A stretch of DNA of 64,000 nt from an uncultured Coprococcus sp. GTDB lineage: Bacteria; Bacillota; Clostridia; Lachnospirales; Lachnospiraceae. Where the stretch lies: NCBI GenBank assembly GCA_900548215.1, contig URJI01000003.1:3767-67766 (forward strand), written 5' to 3'. Positions 48,139 through 57,900 of this stretch are shown piece by piece. A program made the translations under genes and the position numbers. The stretch's first letter is position 1. The number at the start of each line of letters is the position of its first letter. The notes under the pieces are model-generated. The model was not told the origin of the DNA, did no database searches, and worked only from the letters and a program-made list of their open reading frames with translations.

Positions 48139-49617
48139 TTAAAGCATATATCTGCTTCTGATGTCAAATCCATGACACAGCGGTCCGCTTCCATGGCCAA
48201 GATCCATCATGGTTTTAAGAGCGCCCGATATATATTCCTTTGCAAATCTTACAGAGTCAGATACAGAATATCCTTTTGCAAGGTTAGACGCTATCGCACT
48301 TGACAGTGTGCATCCAGTTCCGTGTGTATTCGGGTTATCTATCCTCTCACTTGAAAACCATATCATATCCTCACCATCATATAACAGATCATTTGCCTCA
48401 TTCACACTGTGGCCACCCTTTACAAGTACCGAGCAGCCATACTTGTCGTATATTTTTTTTGCCGCATTTTCCATATCCTGCTTTGAAGAAACCGTAAAGC
48501 CTGTAAGCGCCTCCGTCTCAGGGATATTAGGAGTTATGAGACTGGCAACAGGAAACAACTTTTCAGTCAATAGCTTTACAGCGTCATCACTTATAAGTTT
48601 TGCACCGCTTGTGGCTACCATGACAGGATCCACGACCACATTTTTTGCATTGTAAAATGTAAGTTTTTCAGCTATCACATCTATAAGCTCAGGCATCGAA
48701 ACCATACCTATCTTCACAGCCACAGGGGAAATATCCGCGAACACAGCATCTATCTCATCAGCAAGGAACTCAGGTGTCACATTCATTATCGATGAGACAC
48801 CTAAGGTATTCTGAGCTGTAAGCGCTGTTATGGCGCTCATTCCATATACCCCATTTGCCTGCATGGTCTTAAGATCCGCCTGTATACCGGCACCGCCAGA
48901 GCTGTCACTTCCTGCGATCGTAAGTACAGGTCTAAGAAGCTTTGTATCGGCATCGATATTCTCCAACATATCTGTAAATCCCTCAAAATAATAATCGCAA
49001 TTAATCTTCAGATCGTCCTGTCTGTCACGGCTCGATTCATCATACAGACCAACTACTTTAAATCCTGCCGCATGTGCTGTACACGCCGCATGATATGCAT
49101 CCTCAAACACATATGTCTCACTGCAGTTTGTTCCCATATATTCAGCGGCCTGGATATATATGTCAGGGGCAACTTTTCCAATCCCAACCTCTGAGCATGT
49201 AAATATCCTGTCAATATAATCCAGAAGCCCAAGTCTTTTAAGTGCCGATTCCACATGGCATCTGTCAGTTGATGTTGCAACTGTGATCTTCACTCCGTGT
49301 CCTTTTAGTATGGCAAGTATATCCCTGACCCCTGTTTTTTCAGGAACTTCATAAGCATAAAAATTGCTTATTGTAGTGTTTATACCATTCTTGATCTCGG
49401 TAGTATCCAGCTTAAGGTCATAATGCTCTTTGATATATTCTGCACCCTTTTGCATACTCATCGTAAAAAGTGTCTTTTCCAGATCAGGCTCAGCCTGAAC
49501 ACCAAGTCCAGCCAGGTACAATTCCCCTGCATGATCCCACATTGGCATGGAATCAAGCAGCACTCCATCCATATCAAATATTGCACCCTTTATATATTCT
49601 ATACTGATTCTATCCAT
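48139..49617 (-). CDS. thiD: HAD phosphatase fused to hydroxymethylpyrimidine/phosphomethylpyrimidine kinase
   Basis: N-terminal FDMDGVLLDS...VFED (HAD); C-terminal LTIAGSDSSGGAGIQADLKT and THGTGCTLS (ThiD). Confidence 0.93.
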   Translation of the reverse strand: MDRISIEYIKGAIFDMDGVLLDSMPMWDHAGELYLAGLGVQAEPDLEKTLFTMSMQKGAEYIKEHYDLKLDTTEIKNGINTTISNFYAYEVPEKTGVRDILAILKGHGVKITVATSTDRCHVESALKRLGLLDYIDRIFTCSEVGIGKVAPDIYIQAAEYMGTNCSETYVFEDAYHAACTAHAAGFKVVGLYDESSRDRQDDLKINCDYYFEGFTDMLENIDADTKLLRPVLTIAGSDSSGGAGIQADLKTMQANGVYGMSAITALTAQNTLGVSSIMNVTPEFLADEIDAVFADISPVAVKIGMVSMPELIDVIAEKLTFYNAKNVVVDPVMVATSGAKLISDDAVKLLTEKLFPVASLITPNIPETEALTGFTVSSKQDMENAAKKIYDKYGCSVLVKGGHSVNEANDLLYDGEDMIWFSSERIDNPNTHGTGCTLSSAIASNLAKGYSVSDSVRFAKEYISGALKTMMDLGHGSGPLCHGFDIRSRYML

Positions 49618-49631
49618 AATATCTCCTAACA

Positions 49632-50276
49632 TTATCTGTCAAGCATAGTGCACACGGAAGTTTTAAGTTCCTCCGTTGCCTTTTTGATATCCTTCTGTCC
49701 AAATATGGCACTTATGACGGCCACACCGCATATACCAGATCCTGCAAGTTCGCCCACATTGTCCTTTGTAATTCCGCCTATAGCAATGACTGGTATTGAA
49801 ACTGCCTCGCATATCGCCTTAAGCATCTCATGGCTCACATCATCCGCATCATCCTTTGAGCCTGTTGTGAACACAGCTCCAACACCCAGGTAATCGGCAC
49901 CATGTTTTTCTGCAATTAAAGCCTGCTCTACAGTCTGTGCAGACACACCCAATATCTTATCCGGTCCCAGTATCTTCCTGACATCCATAGCCTCCATATC
50001 GCTCTGTCCAACGTGTACACCATCTGCATCTATATCCTTTGCAATCCCCACATCATCATTTATGACAAATGGAACTCCATATGATCTGCAGAGCTTCTGT
50101 ATCTCAAATGCTTCAGCAAGGAAATTCTCATGATCAAGATTCTTTTCCCTGAGCTGTACAAATGTCGCACCGCCATCAAGTGCTTTTTTCACCTGATCAT
50201 ATAAGGTCTCCCCGGAGAGCCAATGCCTGTCTGTCACCGCATAAAGCAACAGTTCTTTCTCGCTACAGTTACTCAT
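49632..50276 (-). CDS. thiE: Thiamine-phosphate synthase
   Basis: VQLREK, INDD, GVHVGQSD and AIGGI motifs. Start could be 50306. Confidence 0.95.
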   Translation of the reverse strand: MSNCSEKELLLYAVTDRHWLSGETLYDQVKKALDGGATFVQLREKNLDHENFLAEAFEIQKLCRSYGVPFVINDDVGIAKDIDADGVHVGQSDMEAMDVRKILGPDKILGVSAQTVEQALIAEKHGADYLGVGAVFTTGSKDDADDVSHEMLKAICEAVSIPVIAIGGITKDNVGELAGSGICGVAVISAIFGQKDIKKATEELKTSVCTMLDR

Positions 50277-50370
50277 ATTCTTAGCCTTCTTTCTGTACTC
50301 TTTCATACCACTGTCTATTATATGCTTCTCAAAAATTTTATTTAAAGCTTATCCATTGTTTATGAACAGC

Positions 50371-51192
50371 TTACTTAATCTCGTATTTTGCCCCATTTTC
50401 AAGCGTATCACCATCCATATTGTAAACAGCATCAATGATCCTGTTTCTGTAAGTGGAATTGCCCTCATAAGGTTTAAGATGTGAGTAACCTATCTCCCCC
50501 GCAAGTCCCATAACCATGACTGCAGCGGCAGCAGCTTCGAGCTTATTATCCGGATTAGCAGTCACATAGGCAGTCATCATGCCTGAAAGCTGGCAGCCAG
50601 TCCCTGTGATCTTACCCATCTCAGGTCTTCCGTTTCTTATCACATAGCATTTCTCTGAATCTGACACAAGATCTATAGCTCCTGTTACGGCAATTATTGT
50701 TTTCGTCTCAGCAGACAGTTTCTTGACAAATGCAACTGCATTATCAAGTGTATCCTCTGTAACCGCATCAGCCACATCTGCGTCAACTCCCTTTGTGCTT
50801 CCAGAACCATAAGCCAGAGTCTTTATCTCTGAGATATTTCCCCTTATAACGTCAAACTTCACTTCTTTCATAAGTCCAACCGCCGTGTCTGTACGAAGTT
50901 TGCTCGCTCCTGCTCCCACAGGATCTAGAAGGACTACATGTCCCAGCTCATTTGCTCTCTTGCCTGCAAGGTACATTGATGGAATAGTATTCTTATTAAG
51001 CGTTCCAATATTGATATTCAGTCCACCGCAGATACTTGTGATGTCGGCGACATCACCCTCATCATCCGACATAATAGGACTGCCACCGCATGCCAGAATG
51101 ACATTTGCCACATCATTTACAGTTACATAATTGGTTATATTGTGCACAAGCGGCACATTCTTTTTTACGTTCTCTAGACATTTCTTTATCAT
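50371..51192 (-). CDS. thiM: Hydroxyethylthiazole kinase
   Basis: PLVHNITNYVTVND, LDPVGAGA, RGNISEI and ITGTGC motifs; start at 51192 after AAGGAG. Confidence 0.95.
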   Translation of the reverse strand: MIKKCLENVKKNVPLVHNITNYVTVNDVANVILACGGSPIMSDDEGDVADITSICGGLNINIGTLNKNTIPSMYLAGKRANELGHVVLLDPVGAGASKLRTDTAVGLMKEVKFDVIRGNISEIKTLAYGSGSTKGVDADVADAVTEDTLDNAVAFVKKLSAETKTIIAVTGAIDLVSDSEKCYVIRNGRPEMGKITGTGCQLSGMMTAYVTANPDNKLEAAAAAVMVMGLAGEIGYSHLKPYEGNSTYRNRIIDAVYNMDGDTLENGAKYEIK

Positions 51193-51333
51193 CTTTAAAT
51201 ATCTCCTTTTCCTTCGCCAGATTAAAAGCAGATCTGACATATATATCAAACTCCTGCAGTATCTAATATACCACACAACCCCTTATAACACCAAACACTG
51301 TATCCGCAGCCAAAGACATCTTTAAGCTGCAAG

Positions 51334-51385
51334 AAAAAACAAGGATACTATTTTAGCTTTAACACTAAATAGCACCCTTGTTTTA
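51334..51385 (-). terminator. Strong intrinsic terminator between mscL and thiM
   Basis: AAAACAAGGGTGCTATTTAG / CTAAAATAGTATCCTTGTTTTTT on the minus strand. Confidence 0.8.
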
Positions 51386-51397
51386 ACAATGCATATG

Positions 51398-51550
51398 CTT
51401 CTGCCCGCCGAAAGATTTCACCTTGAGTGAATCTCCCTCATATGAGTCACCGACTTTGCATTTCTCCTCATCGGCAACCGAGCTTCCTGAAGGACTATCT
51501 GGAACACTGTCAGTTTCTACAAGATTGATGTACGGACACCTTCTCACTAT
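51398..51550 (-). ncRNA. Candidate structured RNA (possibly 6S-like) between mscL and the terminator
   Basis: GC-richer non-coding segment with closing stem UGUCCGU/GCGGGCA and two internal hairpins containing several G-U pairs. Family not confidently recognised. Confidence 0.4.
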
Positions 51551-51562
51551 TTATGATCTGAT

Positions 51563-51982
51563 TTAATCCTGGGCAGGCGGAACATCAGATGTACAATGCA
51601 TACACTTTGTTGCCTTGATATCTATCTCACCCATACAGTAAGGGCACTTTCTTGTGAGAGGCGCTGCCACCTCTTTCTTCTTTCCAAGATCCATAAGTGT
51701 GTTGATTCCTTTCATAATGACAAATATGACAAATGCCATAATGATGAAATTGATCACCGCTGACAGAAATGCACCGTACTCAATATACTGTCCTGTATGG
51801 AATATCTGAAAATGTCCACCGATCTTCGCTCCGCCTATACTGTTGATTATAGGTGTGATGAAACAGTCTGTAAAAGCTGTGACCAATGACTGGAATGCTC
51901 CACCAATGATAACACCGATTGCAAGACTCATCACATTTCCCTTAAGAGCAAACTCCTTAAACTCTTCCAAAAACTTCTTCAT
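51563..51982 (-). CDS. mscL: Large-conductance mechanosensitive channel with a C-terminal zinc-ribbon-like tail
   Basis: EFKEFALKGNVMSLAIGVIIG, YGAFLSAVINF and CPYC...CMHC. Confidence 0.95.
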   Translation of the reverse strand: MKKFLEEFKEFALKGNVMSLAIGVIIGGAFQSLVTAFTDCFITPIINSIGGAKIGGHFQIFHTGQYIEYGAFLSAVINFIIMAFVIFVIMKGINTLMDLGKKKEVAAPLTRKCPYCMGEIDIKATKCMHCTSDVPPAQD

Positions 51983-52128
51983 ATGCATCCTCCCAACTGA
52001 ATACAGCACCGATCATAACAATCTTATATTATAATTCGGTGCCGTATCTTTTATTTATTGTTTCTCGCGCGATTGATATGACATATATCTACATTTGCTG
52101 CCATCACTCATCGCTCATCATCTTTTTT

Positions 52129-53673
52129 TTACTTTCTTACAATAAGTGACTTGCCTGTCATCTCTTCAGGCTGAGGAAGTCCCATAACCTCAAGAAGTGT
52201 AGGTGCGATATCTGCAAGACATCCGCCCTCACGAAGCTCTACATCTTCACCATAGTTGTAAAGAATAAATGGTACAGGGTTAGTTGTATGAGCTGTATGT
52301 GGTGCACCGGTCTCATAGTTGATCATCTGCTCTGCGTTACCATGATCAGCACAGATGAAAAGAACACCGTCAACCTTATCAATCGCCTCTACAGCAGCGC
52401 CAACGCACTTGTCAACTGTCTCTACAGCCTGGATAGCCGCTGGAATAACACCTGTATGACCAACCATATCAGGGTTTGCAAAGTTGATGATGATCACATC
52501 ATACTCGCCGCCAAGGATGGCATCATTGAGCTTCTCGCTTACCTCTGGGGCACTCATCTCTGGCTGGAGATCATAAGTTGCTACAGCAGGTGACTTTACA
52601 AGAATTCTGTCCTCGTTCTTGTTAGGCTCCTCAACTCCGCCGTTGAAAAAGAATGTTACATGAGCATACTTCTCTGTCTCAGCAAGTCTGAGCTGCTTGA
52701 GTCCCTTAGCTGCAAGGTACTCGCCAAATGTGTTGTCGATCTCTTCTTTCTTGAACGCAACAAGCTTGTTAGGTATTGACTCGTCATAGTCCTTGAAGCA
52801 TACATATGTGAGTGGCATACGGCCATTTGCTCTCTCAAATCCATCGAAATCGTCGCAGCAGAATGCTCTGGTGATCTCACGGGCTCTGTCCGGTCTGAAA
52901 TTGAAGAATATAACTGAATCATTTGGCTTAACAAGTGATACAGGCTTACCGTTCTCTGTGATGACAGTAGGAAGAACAAACTCATCATATACTTCCTTGT
53001 CATATGACTCCTGCATAGCTGCTACCGCGTCCTCTGCCTGAACACCCTCACCTGTTACAAGTGACTTGTATGCAAGCTCTACTCTGTCCCATCTGTTATC
53101 TCTGTCCATTGCGTAGTAACGACCCGACATAGATGCGACCTTACCTACACCGATCTCCTTCATCTTGGCAATGAGCTCTTCAAGGTATCCCTTACCTGAT
53201 GCAGGTGGTGTATCTCTTCCATCGAAGAATGGATGAACGTATACGTTCTCAAGGTTCTGCTTCTTGCAGAGCTCAAGGATCGCATAAAGGTGTGTATTGT
53301 GGCTGTGAACACCACCATCTGAGAGAAGTCCCCAGAGATGAAGATCTGAATTGTTCTTCTTGCAGTTCTCTATTGCAGCGAGCATCTCCTCGTTCTCAAA
53401 GAAATCTCCATCAGCGATTGCCTTTGTGATTCTTGTAAGCTCCTGATATATGATACGGCCTGCGCCGATATTCATATGACCTACCTCTGAATTACCCATC
53501 TGACCGTCTGGAAGTCCTACAGGAAGTCCTGAAGCTGCGCCCTGTACAAATGGTGCTGTAGCCATAAGTTTGTCCATAACAGGTGTCTTTGCAAGTGCTA
53601 CTGCATTGCCCTCTGTCTTGTCACTGAGACCATATCCGTCGAGGACCATTAAAACTACTGGTTTCTTACTCAT
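52129..53673 (-). CDS. gpmI: 2,3-bisphosphoglycerate-independent phosphoglycerate mutase
   Basis: GQMGNSEVGH, GRYYAMDRD, ANPDMVGHTG and ADHGNAE motifs. Confidence 0.98.
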   Translation of the reverse strand: MSKKPVVLMVLDGYGLSDKTEGNAVALAKTPVMDKLMATAPFVQGAASGLPVGLPDGQMGNSEVGHMNIGAGRIIYQELTRITKAIADGDFFENEEMLAAIENCKKNNSDLHLWGLLSDGGVHSHNTHLYAILELCKKQNLENVYVHPFFDGRDTPPASGKGYLEELIAKMKEIGVGKVASMSGRYYAMDRDNRWDRVELAYKSLVTGEGVQAEDAVAAMQESYDKEVYDEFVLPTVITENGKPVSLVKPNDSVIFFNFRPDRAREITRAFCCDDFDGFERANGRMPLTYVCFKDYDESIPNKLVAFKKEEIDNTFGEYLAAKGLKQLRLAETEKYAHVTFFFNGGVEEPNKNEDRILVKSPAVATYDLQPEMSAPEVSEKLNDAILGGEYDVIIINFANPDMVGHTGVIPAAIQAVETVDKCVGAAVEAIDKVDGVLFICADHGNAEQMINYETGAPHTAHTTNPVPFILYNYGEDVELREGGCLADIAPTLLEVMGLPQPEEMTGKSLIVRK

Positions 53674-53806
53674 AATTTTTCTCCTTTTTATTTATTCCGA
53701 CCGCCATCAAATGGATAAATCCATACCTCGTTTTGTCAGAAATGCTGATAATAACTGACTTATAAAACGACAAGGCAGTCTCTTAGTCTTAATTCACTCA
53801 AATGAG

Positions 53807-53835
53807 ATTATACTTATATAATGCCAATTTTTCAA
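53807..53835 (-). promoter_or_regulatory. sigmaA promoter of gpmI
   Basis: Minus strand TTGAAA-N17-TATAAT. Confidence 0.7.
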
Positions 53836-53955
53836 GCCGTGATGACATGCTTTATCTATGTTTTTATTATAATAAAAAGCATATTCATAAAATTTTTATC
53901 ATTTTTCTTTCAAATGTACATTTACAGCTCAGATCCTGTTCACATACAAATCCAA

Positions 53956-54714
53956 TTACAGATTGATGTCCAGCTCAACCGGACAGTGATCAGATCCCAT
54001 GATATCTGTGTGGATCTTTGCATCGACAAGTTTATCCTTCAGACTCTCCGAAGTGAGAAAATAGTCGATACGCCATCCTGCATTCTTCTCCCTTGCCTTG
54101 AATCTGTACGACCACCATGAATATATATTCTCCTGATCAGGGTAGAAGTATCTGAATGTATCAATAAATCCATCGTCAAGAAGCACTGTCATCTTCTCTC
54201 TTTCCTCATCTGTAAATCCAGCATTCTTCCTGTTTGTCTTTGGATTCTTTAGGTCAATCTCATTGTGAGCCACATTCATATCGCCGCAAACTATGACCGG
54301 CTTACTCTCCTCAAGCTTTTTCAGATATGCTCTGAAATCATCCTCCCACTTCATTCTGTAATCAAGTCTTGCCAGCTCATTCTGTGAATTTGGTGTATAT
54401 ACCGTCACCATGTAGAAGCTTTCATATTCCAGTGTTATGACACGTCCCTCATGGTCGTGTTCATCTATGCCTATTCCATTCGTTACACTGAGCGGCTCCT
54501 CCTTTGTAAAAATGGCTGTACCTGAATATCCTTTTTTATCTGCATAGTTCCAGAACTGGTGATATCCCGGCATATCAAGTGTGAGCTGTCCTTCCTGCAT
54601 CTTGGACTCCTGTATACAGAATATATCTGCATCTATGCTGTTAAAAAAGTCCATGAAGCCTTTACCGGCGCATGCCCTTATTCCATTTACGTTCCATGAG
54701 ATAAGTTTTTTCAT
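53956..54714 (-). CDS. xth: Exodeoxyribonuclease III / AP endonuclease
   Basis: SWNVNG, QESK, KKGYSG, GDMNVAH, GWRIDY and SDHCP motifs. Confidence 0.96.
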   Translation of the reverse strand: MKKLISWNVNGIRACAGKGFMDFFNSIDADIFCIQESKMQEGQLTLDMPGYHQFWNYADKKGYSGTAIFTKEEPLSVTNGIGIDEHDHEGRVITLEYESFYMVTVYTPNSQNELARLDYRMKWEDDFRAYLKKLEESKPVIVCGDMNVAHNEIDLKNPKTNRKNAGFTDEEREKMTVLLDDGFIDTFRYFYPDQENIYSWWSYRFKAREKNAGWRIDYFLTSESLKDKLVDAKIHTDIMGSDHCPVELDINL

Positions 54715-54773
54715 AATTTCTATACCATTTTATCCTTCCATTATTATTCTGGGAAAATCATGTTTTATTTTAT

Positions 54774-54845
54774 CATGTCGCCTGTCGGCTCCATGCAGGC
54801 ATTCGCGTTATGACGGCTTGCGCAAGCGCACCCGTCGCAACGCTC
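54774..54845. repeat. GC-rich REP-like palindromic element
   Basis: CATG-GCC-tgtc-GGC-CATG hairpin followed by a GCGTTATGACGG...CCGTCGCAACGC stem with inner TGCGC/GCGCA, in an AT-rich spacer. Single copy in this window. Confidence 0.45.
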
Positions 54846-54934
54846 ATTATATCATATTTTATTTTCTCGTACAAACAACCATCCTGACTGACAGCTCATT
54901 AAAAAATCACCAAACTCCTGCTATGGCCACAATG

Positions 54935-54963
54935 AAAAAGGCAGCGACGATTCGCCGCTGCCT
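54935..54963 (-). terminator. Terminator of the GH16 gene
   Basis: GGCAGCG / CGCTGCC stem plus T-run on the minus strand. Confidence 0.7.
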
Positions 54964-54995
54964 AAGGGTATATATTATGTTTTTAGGGGCCAAAT

Positions 54996-57900
54996 TTAAT
55001 TTTTTACAAATGATACATTTGATATAGAAACTGTATGTGCTCCAAGTGTGTATCCTTCAACATATCCCATTGAGAAGAATAATCCGGCGCCTGTATCAAC
55101 AGTGATACCATCTGTGAAAACTTCTTCCTTAGGTGTAATTGTGAGTGTTATATCCTTAGCCTCACCAGCTGTAAGAACCACATCTTCACCGCCATGCCAT
55201 GCATATCCTGCTGAAGGAGTCATAACAGCAACCTTCACAACTCTATCAACATCAGAAAACAATGTACATTTAAGCGTATATGACTCGCCCTGCTCAAGGG
55301 ATAATCCCATCTGCTTAAGCTGGATGTTCCAGTCTGCCTCACCCACGTTTGCAACACTGTATGTGATCTTTCCATCTCCAGCCTCAAATGTGGCATCTCC
55401 AGGAGCAGTCACTGCATTTTCCCAACCGGCAAGGCTACCATCCTCACTCATCTCAAATTCTGAATTTGTGATAAGATTCTTGCCTACAGGCACATCTATC
55501 TCTGGAGCTGAAGTCTTTTCAAGGGTAATGTTATCAATACATATTCTATGCTGATCTGTAATCGCCGAACCATTTTCTCCGCCTGCACCAAGTGCAATAT
55601 TGAAAATACTCTCTTCGTCTGTGTCACAGGCCATCTGGAATGTGTTTGAAACAGTCACATATTTCTGATCAGCCTGATCGTATGCATCAAGCTTTACTGT
55701 CTCCTGAACATACGGTGTCCAGTCCTCTGCACCTGTACTATCCTTATGTGTGCTTCCATCTCTCTGTATTGCATACTGAACAGTTCTTGACACAGAGCTC
55801 TTTATATCAAATGAAAGCTTGTACCACTGTCCTTTCTCAAGCTTGATATTATTCTGCTTGAGCTGTATCTTCCAGTTCTGGTCACCTGAATTCTTTATTG
55901 TGAAGTCAGCAGCATTGTCCTCCTTCTGGCTGTCCACAACAGACTCTGCATCCGCACTGCTGTCTATATACACATCATATCCAGCAAAATCTGCTGAAAA
56001 GTCCCCATTGAGGAGAAGTGAATCCTGCATTATCTTCACATTGTCTAACAGAACTTCTCCGCTGTTACCAAAATCAATGCTGATTGAACTGTCAGTCACT
56101 TCTTCTCCGGTCTCAAACTTGTAAACATAATTCTTAATTCCTTTATCCAGAGTTACAGCAAACTTTGAATCTCCTGTAGTGATAATTATATTCTTTCCCT
56201 CAGTTGCAGTCTCAGCATCAAATTTAAGTATATACTTTGTATTTGGGGCATAAGCAAGCTCATCCTGTGATAATACGAAGCTGCCATCTATACTCTCATC
56301 CAATGACTTGTATGAAAATCTTCTTCCGTCAGACAGACCTGTCACCTTATACTCAGCACCGCAATTGTTGCTGACTGTCCAATATCCAAGTCTTCCTGTT
56401 CCTTCCTGAAATTCTCCATTGTAAACAAGGTTTCCATCAGCGAGGATCGTCTTCTTGTCAACTATCTCAGTCTGATTTGTCTTTACCAGCTTTACATTTG
56501 CAATATGTACACCAGCCACGCTTCCCTGATTGCCGAAGTTGAATTCTATTCTTCCCTTGTCATCAGATGAATCAGTCATCGTATACTCATACTCAAATGT
56601 CTGTTTCTCTGTTGTCATATCAAATTTTGTATCCTTAAGATATCTTCCCCATGATCTGGTTGGCGCTGAGACATCAATAATACCTGTTCTCGCCTCATCC
56701 GCCCACGCATCAAATGAAAGCTTGTATGTGGCACCTTTTTCTACAGGAATATCAGGCTGTACCAGCTGTATGCTGTAATCAACCGTTCCTGCATCAACTG
56801 TATTTATGTTGATTGTATTGTTCTCGATGACCGCTGTTCCTTCGCCGCCATTCTGCGCCATAAAAATCCAGTTTTCTGCATCTCCCAAATCCTCGGTCTC
56901 ACTAAAATCACCATTTATTACATAATTGCCATTTTCATCCGGATCACGAATTATAACTTCACGCTCTGGCTTTGTCACATTTTCGTCATAAGACTCCTTC
57001 TGGTATACTCTCACATAATCAACATATAAACTCTCACTGTTAATATAATCTGCATCTGCATCCGGATTTCCTGGCCAATTGCCGCCAACTGCAAGATTGA
57101 GTATTACATAGAATGGCTGATCAAACGGTGCCGGATAAGTAACTGTACCTTTTCCGGCAGTTGTAGAATACCAGTCATTTGCCTCATGCATCTTAACTCC
57201 ATCTACATACCACGTAATTTTTCCAGGCTCCCAGTCGCATGTAAATACATGATAGCTGTCCGCAAATGACTTTCCATTTGAAAGTGTATATTTTCCCTGT
57301 GACTCTGAATGCGGATTGCCATAGTGAATCGTTCCATAGGTTGTATATGTATTGTCTCCAAGAACCTCCATCACATCTATCTCACCACATCTAGGCCACT
57401 GTCCATACAGACTCTCATTTGTAGGCATCATCCATGCTGCAGGAAGATAACCCTTACCTGTAGGAACCTTTGCTCTGAACTGTACTCTGCCATACTTGAA
57501 ATCCTGCTTATTCTGTGTGTTTACTCTTCCTGATGTATATGATATGGAACCATCCTCATTTACTTTTTTCTTTGAGCTTATAATAAGTTTGCCATTCTTA
57601 ACCTTTATATTATCTTCAGAATCAACATATGACTGAAGCTCATTATTAACCCAGCCAGGCTCATGGAGTTCAACATTCCAAATATCACGGTTGAGCTCTG
57701 TTCCGCCAAATTCATCATGCCATAAGAGCTTATACCCCTGCGACTCGTATTTATTTTCTACAGTCACCTTCTTCTTTACAGTCACTTTACATGTTGCTTT
57801 CTTTCCTGAACCGTCAGCAGCTTTTGCTGTGATTGTAGCTGTACCTGGTGCTATAGCCTTCACAACGCCTTTTGCTGAAACCGTTGCAATCTTTTTATTG

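Noticed and set aside
51365..51385. T-box riboswitch (AACAAGGGTGCT resembles the T-box)
   Set aside because: Lacks the GGTGGTACC(G)CG core and a recognisable stem I, and the downstream genes are not amino-acid related.
51400..51480. glmS ribozyme, FMN, SAM-I or c-di-GMP riboswitch
   Set aside because: Only short isolated words match (UUCGGCGG, GGUGAAAU, CGGCAACC). The ordered cores are absent.
54956..54968. 13-bp match CGCTGCCTAAGGG to the tmRNA tag end
   Set aside because: Short, part of a terminator stem, and not the tmRNA att region; most likely chance.
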